Position numbers and translations under genes: made by a program. The notes beneath the pieces were generated by a model, which was not told the DNA's origin, did no database searches, and saw nothing but the letters and a program-made list of their open reading frames with translations. Shown here piece after piece: positions 23,731-35,800 of a DNA stretch of 47,387 bases (position 1 is the first letter of the stretch; every line of letters starts with the position of its first letter). Location of the stretch: the NCBI GenBank assembly GCA_051942245.1, contig JAVECL010000130.1, positions 1-47,387 on the forward strand, given 5' to 3'. The stretch is from Trypethelium eluteriae. Taxonomy: Eukaryota.

Positions 23731-26700
23731 ATGCCTCGACCGAATCTCCCTACGCGCCTCACTGGCGGCTTCCACAAAACAAAAGGGACTGAGCCGAAAT
23801 CTCCAAGCAACGTACCGAGCCGAAGTTCAAGTCCCAGACCTCCTGTTGTGGGTGATAGCAAGAATGGAAACTTGGTTTTGAAGGCTACCGTTGTCAAGGT
23901 TAGACGAAACAAAACTGCAAAAGCGATACTGTTGCGGACTGATGGCATTTACAGGGCCGAAACTTAGCTGCAAAAGACAAGAGAGGAACCAGTGACCCGG
24001 TAGGTTTCAATTGGCGCTCGCAAAGCAACATCCAAAGCTAAGCAACCCTACTAGTATCTGGTCCTCAACCTCGGTGATGCTAGGGAGGCCACACCGGCAA
24101 TCAGCAAAACTCTGAATCCGGAATGGAATCAGTCCTATGAGTTGCCTATTACTGGACCTCAATGTCTGCTGCTGGAGGTCGTTTGCTGGGATAAGGACCG
24201 GTTTAGAAAAGATTACATGGGCCAATTCGATATACCTTTGGAGGACATCTTTGATGATGGGTCGACTACGCGAGAGGCATGTACAATCCTGCGTCAGGCC
24301 ACCCATGTTCAGACTAATGATGAAATAGCCTAAGTGGTATCCTCTGGAATCTCGAAGGACCGGTAAAAAGAACTCGGCTGTAACGGGCGAAGTTCTCATG
24401 GAGTTTTCTGTGTTCGATCCACTCCATTCCTCTGCAACGCCCCAGCAAGTGCTTCAAAAACTCTTCACAACAATCGGCGCGGGCGGTGACAACGATGAAG
24501 AGGACGACCTATCTCGGATTGACACAGGGGATTTGGAAGACGAAGACGAAGGAGATGAAGATCTGGAACAAGGGGACGGCGCAGACGGAGACACAGGGGA
24601 GGAAGCGCTTGCCAAAAAAAAGAAGAGAAGACGGCTAGCAAAGATCAAGAAGAGGACGAAGCAGAGAGCCTACGAATTCACTGGAATGTCTGATGTTGCT
24701 GGCGTGCTCTTTCTGGAAATACAAAAGATCACCGATCTGCCACCGGAACGCAATGGTGAGAAGGCAGTGCCCATTCAGTCTCATCAGCTAATTTGTGTTC
24801 AGCGACTCGTACGGGGTTTGATATGGATCCATTCGTCGTAACTTCGTTGAATAGGAAGACCTACCGCACACGAGTCATTCGGCATAATCTCAACCCAGTA
24901 TATGATGAAAAACTCGTTTTCCAGGTACTACGTCACGAAGTCAATTACTCATTGAGCTTCGCCGTGGTTGATCGAGACAAATTCACCGGGAACGATTTCG
25001 TGGGTACCACTAATTTTGAGCTGGAAAATGTGACCTGCCGCGCTCCTGAAGCAGACCCAGAGACTGGCCTGTTTGCACTTAGAGATCCGCCAGACCCTGG
25101 CAACGGCAATCTCAATGAAACCAAGAAGAATCGGTTTCGATTGCCAATATCGCGATCTTCGTCTGCTACCAGTCTCAAGGCGTTGAATAGACCTGGCTTC
25201 AAGCATGCAGGTTCATCAGTCTCAGCATCAGCGAACTCTAGTCCACCGCAGGATAGCCTAGCCCCTCCATCGAACGTTCCGCAAGAGAATCATATTCCTC
25301 AAGTTTCATTGTCACGTACAGATAGTAATCTCGACGACGCCGACCTGCACTCGTTCGAACTCCCATTAAACCTCAAGAACAAGGACAGGTGGGAGGATAA
25401 GCATAGTCCAGTACTCTATATCCGGGCCAAATACATGCCGTACATGGCTTTACGCCAGCAATTCTGGCGAAGCATGCTTAAGCAATATGATGCTGATGAA
25501 AGCGAGTATATCGATAAGGTAGAGCTCACAACCATGCTAGACACACTTGGATCGACACTGCATGACGCGACAATCGACGGCTTTTTCAAGCGCTTTGCAA
25601 AGGAGAACAACGGGGAGGAATATCTGACTTACAACCAGGCCGTGATTTGCTTAGAAGACCAATTGATCCAAACCCAGAATCGGAGCATTGGAGCAGCTAT
25701 CAGACATCGTTTACCTGGAAACCTCGCGGCTAGTATGTCATCAAATAGCAACGGCGAGACGCCTGGGGATTCAACACCGACGCTGACATCCGGAGCTGAG
25801 ACCCCTCTCAATAACAACTCGCAAACGAACGTGATTCCGGCGTTAGAGCAGATGCATTTGGGTAAAGAGGGCGAGGAAGGGTCAACGCTGATGGCTGACG
25901 ACCTCACTGACGAGAAAGGAGAGGAACATGTTGTAGAAATCCGGGAATGCCCAATTTGCCATCAACCACGGTTGCATAAGCGATCTGACGCTGATATCAT
26001 CACTCACATTGCGACATGCGCCTCCCAAGACTGGCGACAAGTCAACAACATTGTTATGGCTGGCTTTGTTACGAGCAGTCAGGCACAGCGCAAGTGGTAT
26101 TCGAAAGTGATCACCAAGATTAGTTATGGTGGCTATAAAATTGGTGCGAATAGTGCAAATATTCTCGTCCAAGATCGTATCACTGGTCAGATCAATGAGG
26201 AAAGAATGAGTGTATACGTAAGACTTGGAATTCGTCTACTTTACAAGGGACTCAAGAGTAGGGAAATGGAGAAGAAGCGAAGTAAGACCGATCATGGATC
26301 GTAGAATGATGTACGCTAACATGTTATCAGTACGCAAGCTGCTACGCTCAATGTCGTTCAAGCAAGGCCGAAAATACGACGATCCCGCATCTGCTGCCGA
26401 AATCCAAGGTTTCATCAATTTCCACCAGCTCAATATGGCCGAAGTTCTCCGCACCACTGATCAATTTAAGAACTTCAACGAGTTCTTCTATCGTGAATTG
26501 AAACCTGGTGCACGTCCCTGTTCAGCACCGACGCGGCCGGAGATCGTTACGAGCCCTGCAGACTGCCGGTCAGTTGTCTTCAATCGCATGGATGAAGCCA
26601 CAAAGATCTGGGTCAAAGGACGGGAATTCACCGTGGACCGATTACTCGGGAATGCTTACCCGGACGATGCTAGACGCTACCGAGAGGGTGCATTGGGCAT

Positions 26701-27363
26701 CTTTAGGCTTGCGCCGCAGGACTACCATCGTTTCCATATACCGGTAGACGGTATCATGGGCGAACCGAAGCTCATTGAGGGAGAATACTACACGGTGAAC
26801 CCCATGGCCATTCGGTCCGCATTAGACGTGTACGGCGAAAACATTCGCGTGATCGTACCGATCGACTCGGAGCGCCACGGAAGAGTAATGGTTGTCTGCG
26901 TCGGTGCGATGATGGTGGGTAGCACAGTCATAACCCGGAAGCCTGGAGAGCATGTTCGTAGAGCTGAAGAGCTGGGATACTTCAAATTTGGTAAGTGTCT
27001 CACCATTAGTAAAGGCTGTCCGTGAAGAAGCTTCTACTAATGGATGTTAGGAGGGAGCACTCTACTACTGCTTTTCGAGCCTGGAACGATGGTTTTCGAC
27101 TCCGACCTTACGGATAATTCAAGTGTGCCATTGGAAACTTTGGTGAGTCTCGAGGACATTGAAAACGCTTTACATCTATTTGCTAACCCCACCAGATACG
27201 CGTTGGCATGTCCATTGGGCACAGTGTTAATCATGCCCCTCACACCCCAGATATGAGGAAAGAGAACCCAACTTTTGCTGAGAAGCAGGATGCCAAGCGG
27301 AGAATAGAAGGTAGTCTGGCACCACCAAGCAACTCGGGAGCCTCGTCCACGGCCGCGCAATGA
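23731..27363 (+). CDS. PSD2: Phosphatidylserine decarboxylase proenzyme 2 (C2 domains, EF-hand-like region, PSD domain). Exons 23731-23898, 23955-23999, 24055-24276, 24329-24755, 24803-26281, 26331-26990, 27051-27142, 27196-27363
   Basis: C2 motifs GRNLAAKDKRGTSDPY and FDMDPFVV; PSD motifs FNEFFYRELKP, SPADCR, FRLAPQDYHRFH and VGAMMVGS; autocleavage motif FGGST split by an intron. Intron 24277-24328 is GC-AG. Confidence 0.97.
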
Positions 27364-27872
27364 TTGAGATACATGAAGCTCTGGGCTAGAGCGTCCGTCT
27401 ACGACATTTATGATGGTGGGGATATGTGGCTGTGGCCGCTGGTGGGGAATACTGGCAGCTGTAGCCGACTAGAAATACAACAATAGCTTGTAGTTAGCGG
27501 TTTAGAGTGGTAGACAAGGTCTTGTCTATAGTGTAGATAAAAGATGTATGAATTTTTAAAGACGAAGGGTGAACTTCATATGCGTGAATTGAGAAGAGCT
27601 CGACGTGATGCACTAGTCCACAATAGGACTGGTTTTGCGGTCGAGATGACGGAGTGTAAACAACGCCCCCTCAACGCCCCAAATGTTGCTCACCTGCCAA
27701 AGTAATATCACTTAATCCCCACGATCATTAACACGCGAAGCAGTGACAAGTCAAGAATATCCAACAACACCGAGCATTGGTAAACTGGCCTTAGCACCAA
27801 TAGGCCCGCGCTGCGGTGATAAAACCTCCCCTCCGACTTTTCCTCTCGACCCAGCGCGCTTCGACTCGACAA

Positions 27873-29926
27873 ATGACCTCAACAATAACGCGATCGCCTT
27901 TGCGCACGCTTAGCATGACCTCATCGCACGCTAATACGCGACGACGAAGCGCGAGGTTAGCCTTCGACGAGGAGGAAAATGGCGTGCCTGTCAAAAAACC
28001 ACGGACGGATGAGGCTCTGCACAGAACTGAAAAACGATCAGATGCAAGAGTCAATGGCGACTATGCTAGGAAGAACAAGAAGAGTAAGTGGAGGAGACAC
28101 GAGACCGCATCAAACACCAACGGACAACTTATGGATTCTGCGGTTTTGAGGGGATCACAAGCTGATGTAGAAGTAGAATATGACGATGGCGATGGAGATT
28201 TTCAATTCTCGCGGAGAGGCTCAAGAAAGACCCAGCAGATGCCTGTTGCGATTCCGCAGCCTGTACCAGAGGAGAAAGAGCTCGAGCCAACGAAACCAAA
28301 ACCTAAGGTGAAAAAGATGCTACCATTGACGCCAACACCTGCGGAGAAACGACCAAAAAGACGGTCAGCACGTCTGTCCGGCGACAAGGAGCAGGTACAG
28401 GAGGAACAGCCAAATTCGCCCATAGATAAAAGCAGAAGCAAGGATAAGGACAAGGAAAAGTCAAAGTTGCCTCCAGATACGAGTAAAGATTCCGAGAAAC
28501 CGAAGCTGTCTGTAGACAAGAGTCGAGATAGGGAGAAGCCAAAGCCGACGATTGAAAGGAGCAAGGATAAAGAGGAGCCAAACCCGCCTATAGAAAAAGA
28601 CTTGGTTGAGGGGAAGTCTACGCGCGATGATGATGGAAGCCCTGTAGTAAATGGTACATCACCCTTACAGATCGGCAAAAGAGGAGATGCGACGAAGATT
28701 GCACTACCATTTGCGGATACACCCATCAATAAGCGGAATAAAGAGCTACGAAAGGGACACAGACGAAGTAGCACGGGGATAAGAGGGCGAAGAGCAAGCT
28801 CGCTAATGGATAGCGGGACATCCAATGGTGCGTCGATAGAGCTATGAGGCTGCAGAGATCTGCCAAATTTGCGATTATAATCTAACAGTGATGTAGCTGT
28901 TCCGCATGCTGAGGTCGAAACTTCGGAGTTCTACAAGCTTATATCTCAGGATTTGCCAGAGCCTAGGAGGATGAAGCAACTCTTGACCTGGTGCGGGACG
29001 CGGGCTCTACCTAGCAAACCCTCTGGCATTGTGGAGGGCTCAAACGCGATAATGGCGGGTACGTGCCAATCCTTGCGATGCAGAGGTACTGGTATTGACA
29101 ATCCCACAGCCAGGGTGATACAAGAAGAGCTCCTGAAAGAGTTCTCGTCGCGATCAGAATTGTCGGATTGGTTCAACCGAGTGCGTCTAAGTGACTTAGA
29201 AATTGATCGCGGCTGTGACATTTTGCTTATCCCCGCATAGGAAGACACAGCACCGGCGGTGCTGGTAAAGAAGCCCAACCCACGGAATATTCAGAATGCC
29301 GCCAAATTAAAGGAACTGGAGGAGGAAATAGAAAAGTAAGGGGACCTGGCCTGACTTGCCGCAATCTTGGAACATTGCCTGGCTAACAAACTACGAATAG
29401 ATTACAACTCGAAAAAAGCACTTGGGAAGATATGCTCGAATCCACATCGAAACTACCCCCGTCCGCCACCACACCACCTCCCCAACCAGAATCTAAAGAT
29501 CCAAGCCCCAAGCCCGTCCATGCTCCTCCCTCCTCGTCAAGCACGACTCTCCCTCCGATCGACGCCGCCCTCCTCTCCCCCTCTCAAGCCTCCATCCTCT
29601 CCGCTCTAACCGCCGCCACTACTACGTCTTCCTCCTCCGTCCACGCCGCCCCTTCGTCTTCCTCCTCCGTAGACACGATCCAGACCCGTCTCCGCGCCCT
29701 CGCCTCCTCCCTCGAATTCCAAGTCGACCAATTCGCCGACGGGATCCATAGGCTGGAGCAGTACCGTCGACACGGAGACGACGTGGCGGACGGGGTGCTG
29801 ACTGCTGCAGCGACGAAGCTCGAGGAGCGGGAGGAAGCGGTGAGGAGGAGGGCGGGGACAAAAGGGGTGGAGGTGAGAGATGTCTTGAGGAGTTTAAGTC
29901 GGGTCGTGGATCGGAGTCGGGAGTGA
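27873..29926 (+). CDS. DSN1: Kinetochore Mis12/Mtw1-complex subunit Dsn1/Mis13. Exons 27873-28083, 28177-28827, 28897-29058, 29110-29180, 29241-29335, 29401-29926
   Basis: Motifs KIALPFADTPI, RRSSTGIRGRRASSL, FYKLISQDLPEPRRMKQLLTWCG, LSDWFNRED, KKPNPRNIQN and LEFQVDQFADGIHRLEQ. GT-AG introns keep the frame. Confidence 0.9.
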
Positions 29927-30462
29927 TATTAAGGGATTGGGGAGGTTGGGGTGAAGTGGGATTGCACGGGGTGTGGTTGTGTTCATTTCTGCTTTCGCAT
30001 GTCTGCATCGCGCCAAGGGCATGGATGACGAGGTTGGGAGGCTATTTGACTGGACATAGCGTGGGTGGGCAGGAGCTCGGTGAGGCCACCGATGAGCGAT
30101 GAATGTAGGGAGATTGAGTTGTGATATCCAAATTCCTGAGCGCCTTTCTTCTCATTCAGGCTCTTATCTTGACTCTCAGCAAGGTGTGCAATTGGATTGC
30201 AGAGCTCGTCTTTGGATCGCTCTCACTTAATCGATGTGCAACGTAAACTCGACAGGCTTGATGCCCGCTAGATTTGTAGTACCGGTGGTTTATGCTTGAC
30301 TGAACGAAGGGGAAGTGGCTCTAGTGTTGTGCCAAGGAGCCATTTCTTGCTCTTGATTACGTGGTGAACTAGACAGTGCTTAGGGCATTCGAAGATCACT
30401 TATTGGTGCTGATTCTTCGCAAACACGACTGTAGAATTTGATTCGGGGGCCGCGCTATGCAT

Positions 30463-31538
30463 TCAAAAATACCGTTCCAAAATTCGGTCCCTATGTATTA
30501 CGAGATTTTTGTACTTTCTCAGATCATCATTCAATCTCTTGTCGGACCACTCAAGCGCGTCATCGAGCAACAAATGGGTATATGAAAATACAGAGGCATC
30601 CATTAGGCCTGGTTGCTTGGCGTCAAAGAACCACTCGTGTGTCCCTAACAGCGTGCTCAGAGCAGATAAAGCATCCTCAGCTTGAACATATAGAGACTCA
30701 GCGTCAAGAACCTTGAACGGGCCAGCGGCGGTCAGGGATGATGATTTCAAGATTTCGGCTGTAGCTGCTGAGCGAAGCTCATACGATAAAGCAGCACCAA
30801 CGAGAGGATTGCTCGACGACGGCTGAATATAGCAGGGCGCGGCTACGGACGAAAAATTTGGGTGGCAGAGATACAGATGAAAAAGCTGGAATAGCTATAT
30901 TTAGTTTCAACAGACAATGAATATTGGGCTGTGTGCAGATCTCACCCATGCCTTTCTTATCGGTCCATCCAGCAGTGCCTCGTATGCTTCGAGTCTCACA
31001 TCCGAGACCTCATCCGTAATTTTTGCCTCTCCTTTGCTCCATCTTAAAAGTTTGTTTGCGGTAACAGGACTTGGTGGTTGGCTGGCGGGGCCCTTCGAAG
31101 GGGCAGGAAGCAGGAAAGGGAGAGATCCACTCGGTGAGGCGTGGTTGCTCGACGCGACAGAGACGAATGGGATTTTGAGGAGTTTAAGATAAGTCTAAGA
31201 TTGGAAATAGTAAGCCGCAGGCTTCTCCCGCGCGACTTTTTGCGAGACGGTCAAGTTTCACTACTTACCTGCCATTTCAAGCAGCTTGGATTACAAGATG
31301 CCTCCACACCAGTGGAGCCCTTCACCTTGAATATGTGTAATGCATGCTGGCTCCGAACCCTTGGAGAACGAGGAGGTAACTCATTGGCTGAGTATGTGAC
31401 CAAGGGAAACCGACTGAAGACATGTTTTATTGGGGTCGGAATCTCAAAAGTTTTCCGAAGGGTCGACTGGCCTCTTTGGGTATTCGTTCTCGAAGTTCGT
31501 GAAATAGTAGACGGGTCACTGAGATCCTCTGACGGCAT
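30463..31538 (-). CDS. SAM35: Mitochondrial outer-membrane SAM complex subunit Sam35 / metaxin-like GST-fold protein. Exons 31538-31269, 31194-30946, 30885-30463
   Basis: Motifs IPTPIKHVFSRFPLVTY, SCNPSCLKWQTYLK, SNHASPSGSLPFLLP, ALSALSTLLG..WFF..PGLMDASVFSYTHLLL. Confidence 0.85.
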
Positions 31539-32873
31539 CGTCCATGGCTAACACGACTGAGAGGTTGGAGGTGCTTGAGGTTGCGAGGAAAAAAGGTTCT
31601 TGCCGGTTAAAGTTGCCGCCATCCGGAGCTCGCCGTATCTAGGAGTGTTTTAGTAAGGTAAGGTAGGCACCGCACGCTAGTAGGGCTGCAAGATACCTTA
31701 CGCGTACTCACAGTCGCGTCTGGCCAGAAACACACTGCGTGATACTGCGTAGTACTGCGTATTACCCTGGCTTGACGAAGTCCGGTATCAGTATAAGATC
31801 CGTTCATTATTGCCAAGACTGTATTGGCTGCACGGAACCTTGCCTTCAGACCCTCCTTTACTGGTAAGCATATTTGATCACGTAGACGAATAGATTCCAA
31901 GGGCTTGATCCAAGGCGTACGCACAATGCTCCTCTTATGGAGCATTACGCAGCGCCATCATTGGTAGCTTCCAATCTCCATGGAGTCGGGTCTCGCCTGG
32001 TTGGCGATCGTTTTGCATCATGCGACGCCATGCACTACATGGATCATTTACAGGCGTAGGCTTTCCTCTTCAGGACGTGGAATTTCCTGCTCTGTAGCTT
32101 GGCGGTGTTGGTCTAGGTAGGCATCCAGTCAGCGGAGCACTCGCTCGACTTCACGTATAAGCAGCTGGATCCTACCTCGATCTCACAATTTTCTGGCTCT
32201 CATAGATTTGTGGCTTTTCACCAAGGCTTGCGGGATGAGGTAAGATGGCGTGGATGGCCACTGAGAGGCGTTCTGATGGACCGCCCTACCTGAAAAGCAA
32301 AGTAGGTAGGCACACCAGGCAAACAGAACAATTTCTTTACGGGAGTAAAGGGGGCGAATCTTGCCTTCGTATCATACGTGAACCCGCGGCAACTTCAGGT
32401 CTGACTTCCGCTCTTTTTTAATCGCAGCTTACTATCCAGAGTCAATGCGGATGCAGAATCCTTTCTTCTGGCCCCGAATACACCGGATCAAAGATAATTT
32501 AAGAGCCAGGTGCCCCCATTATTGAGGATCTCGTCTTTTTGATCGCGAATACTGGATTAAAACGTTGCAGAGTTCAAATGTGAAAGTATTGAAGTGCGCA
32601 CGATGTCGCCCATGTCTATTGCTCTTTATCAATCACACTCTCTCTATCTAATGAGACCGTTGACAAACCTCGCCGGGAAAATGCATCTATCCAAGACCAA
32701 AGAAAGACATTATAAATTTGCATCACAAGGCATTGCCTTCCACAATACGAGAAACGAGGCAAATTACTGAAGGCCATCGCCTGGGTATTAAAGTTCTGAA
32801 TACCTCAACGCCCCTTCAACTCCATTCCCACAAACAAAAGTAATTTCTCATGAAGGCGTTGGAAATTCACAAT

Positions 32874-35800
32874 TTACCTGCTGGACCCTACCGGAGCTCT
32901 CATTCCCAAGAATGCGTCAGCAGGCCAGCCTTGATAAGTTGACTCGCTATCCGCAACATCGCCGGCCATAACAAGAGTATGCTCCAGCAAGCAACTGTCA
33001 TTCTCCATGCGCGCGCCAGACAGGAGTCGCGATCCAGAACGAAGGACGGACCGATCCCCGACATTCAATGGATTCAGGTTGAAGTGCCCTCGGGTATTGA
33101 TGTGGGCCACCAAGCTTGCATCATCGACCGCCACCCGATCACCAAGAGTGAGAAGATCTGGCTCTGTGAACATGAGACTGGGAAGACCACCGGCGAACAA
33201 GGCACAGTCTTTTCCGATCTTTGCTCCAAGCGCACGGAAATACATTACTGTATAATGAGTGCCGGTCAACATTCCAAGGATACCATGGCCACCGTAGCAG
33301 TGTCGTCGGAGCTTCTCTATGGCAAGAAAGATCTGCCATCTTTGGTTATAACTACTCTTGTCCCAATCGTAACTACCTGCCACTCTTCGACCCATGAGTG
33401 CCCACTTGGCGCCAATGACGAGGGAAAGGGCAAAGACTGCTTGCACAGTCATGAGCCCCGCGATGAAGAAGAAGAAGAACGAATACAAAGTTATCGGACG
33501 ATACCAGTGGAGAATCAGTACCCGAGCATTGTGGGCCACGAGCTTGGCCACAATCTGGACGGCGGAGGTGGTCGCAACATTCCAGTAGAAGGCTGTGAAG
33601 ATTGTCGTGAAGGCAGAGTACAGGAAGATCGGAAATTGGCCAAGTACATGATATGGCGCCTTTCCCTCGTAGAAGGCGCGACCGAAGGGAGTTGAGCTGG
33701 TCAACTCAGGAGGCGGGGAGTGGACTTCCTTGACAATCACCTCCCGTGGTTTGGCTTCGCCCTTCCCAGTCTCTAAAAGATCGTCCATCGAAATTCCGGC
33801 TGATTCAGTTGGTGTAGTAATTTCGGTCTCTGTTGGAGTCGGAGCCCGAGTTGAAGCTACTCGGCTTTGCAACTGAGAGTTGATCGGTGTCGTCATCTGA
33901 GAGAGTAACGCCTTTTCTATTTCCGACGGACTGATTTGCTTAGGATGTTCATGGCGTGTGGTTCCTGATAGGCAAATGGCTTCGCCATGTTTGCTGCCGA
34001 CCCAAGTTGTGTTGGCTGGATAAACCTTGCCTCGACGGGAGAGGGCGCCACTTCCCATTACAGTATTGTTTTCCAAAGTCGAGCCTGGAAGAAGCACCAC
34101 ACGATCTGAGACCATGGCGCCGTTGCCAATTCGAACACGGTCGCTTCCAATGCCATCGGATGTCACCAGATGCGAGCGCGAGCCGAACACTACGTCGTTT
34201 CCGATGTCGAGCAGGTCGAAGTCTTGAATGGACGGGCCAGTACCAGGCCAGTAGACACGAGATCCGACCTTTGCGCCGAGAGCTCTCGCAGCAAAAGATG
34301 TGAATGCATAATGTACACCAAAAAGATCCGTCAACTTATGGAACGATGTCCCAGGCATGATGGTCTTGAGGAAAGACATGCGGAACCTCTGCATCTGACT
34401 TCGGGAATTAGCAGGGCCGGGCTGGGATTTGCCTATTAACGCATCCACTAGCTTCTTCAGGATGAAGACAACGGTGAAGAGGAAGACTGGTCCCAGGGCC
34501 GTATTCAGGATCAAGGCAAAGTAATGGAAGCCGATTCGATGAGGAGCGGCAAACCAGAAAAGCACAGATGCAAGCTGATCCTGCGATTTCTGAGGACTGC
34601 TGATCACGAGACCAATAAGTCCTATCATCCAAGGCAAAGCACCAATGAATCTGACCATGACCATGACAGGCATCGTCACAAAGGTATTCAGGGTCCACGG
34701 ACCTCCTGGAATTTTGCTTGCAGATAAATCGCGATTCGACTCATCGGCATCCTTCCATTCCCAGCTAGAAGAATTAGGTCCAATACAGGCGTTTTCCGGC
34801 AATGAAGTTCCAGCCGCTACGATGGAGCTTTGGCCGACACTTGAGTTTTTACCGAGGACTATCCGACCCAGGTACATGGAAGTATTTCGTTCGACTGCAA
34901 AGGGCCGGCATATGCATTTGTCGAGGTTGACATAATCGCCAATGTCTAGAAGGTCATATTCTCCAAATGTGACACCTTTGGCTATCTTGACACCTTTGCC
35001 AATTTTGGCTCCCAGAAGGCGGTAATAGAGCACTCTTGTCGTATTCGAGAGACCTAGATGACCCTAAAAAGAATTAGCGGGAAGTTTCCACAAGTCTCGG
35101 ACGTGTAAACTCACCATGCCACCGACAGCAAGGATCTTCTGTACCAGCCACCAGCGAGTGTGATACCATCCCCACATGGGATAAATTCCCTCTTTATACC
35201 TACCAATTAATACCCATTTGAAAATGATAGCAAGGAAAGGACTGATCAACCGGGTTACAAGACGACCGACAGCCAAAGAAAACACGAGATTGACCAATCT
35301 CCCGGGTACCGAATTCGTCGTAACCCACTCTTGGGTGGCCGTCAAGGTGTAGATGAAAATGGTCCAAGTCAAAGCTCGTTTCCCGGGATACACGAACATG
35401 AGAGGGATCAACTGGACAAGGAGAAGGAGTGGATTTGTGGAACTGTACGTTTTCGTGCATCCTGGAAGCGGGGGCGCAGATTCTCCATTGCTGGTAAGTG
35501 GAGTGATTTCCGAGAGCTTCTCGTCGACGAGTCTTGCAAGGCCACCGAGCTCGCTGTTCGCGAAGAGTAGATCGATGGGCAACCGGATCTGGAATTCCTT
35601 CCGGAGCATGGACAGAAGACGTCCAGCCTTCAAGCTGTCCCCTCCCAAGTCGAAAAAGTCCGAGCTGGTGTCTATTTCCGCGACCGAGCAAGCTAATACA
35701 TTGGCAAACACGTAGGCAATCTTTTGTTCTGTTTTTGACATGCTCTGGTCTGCCTGGGCCGACTCCGGAGATTCATTGAGCATCTTTTCGAGTGCAATAT

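Noticed and set aside
8215..27363. INO1 and PSD2 (both phospholipid pathway) within 20 kb as a metabolic cluster
   Set aside because: They are separated by unrelated genes and no shared regulatory motif was established; proximity is likely coincidental.
28202..28825. Minus-strand 207-aa hydrophobic ORF
   Set aside because: Antisense shadow of the Lys/Glu-rich DSN1 exon.
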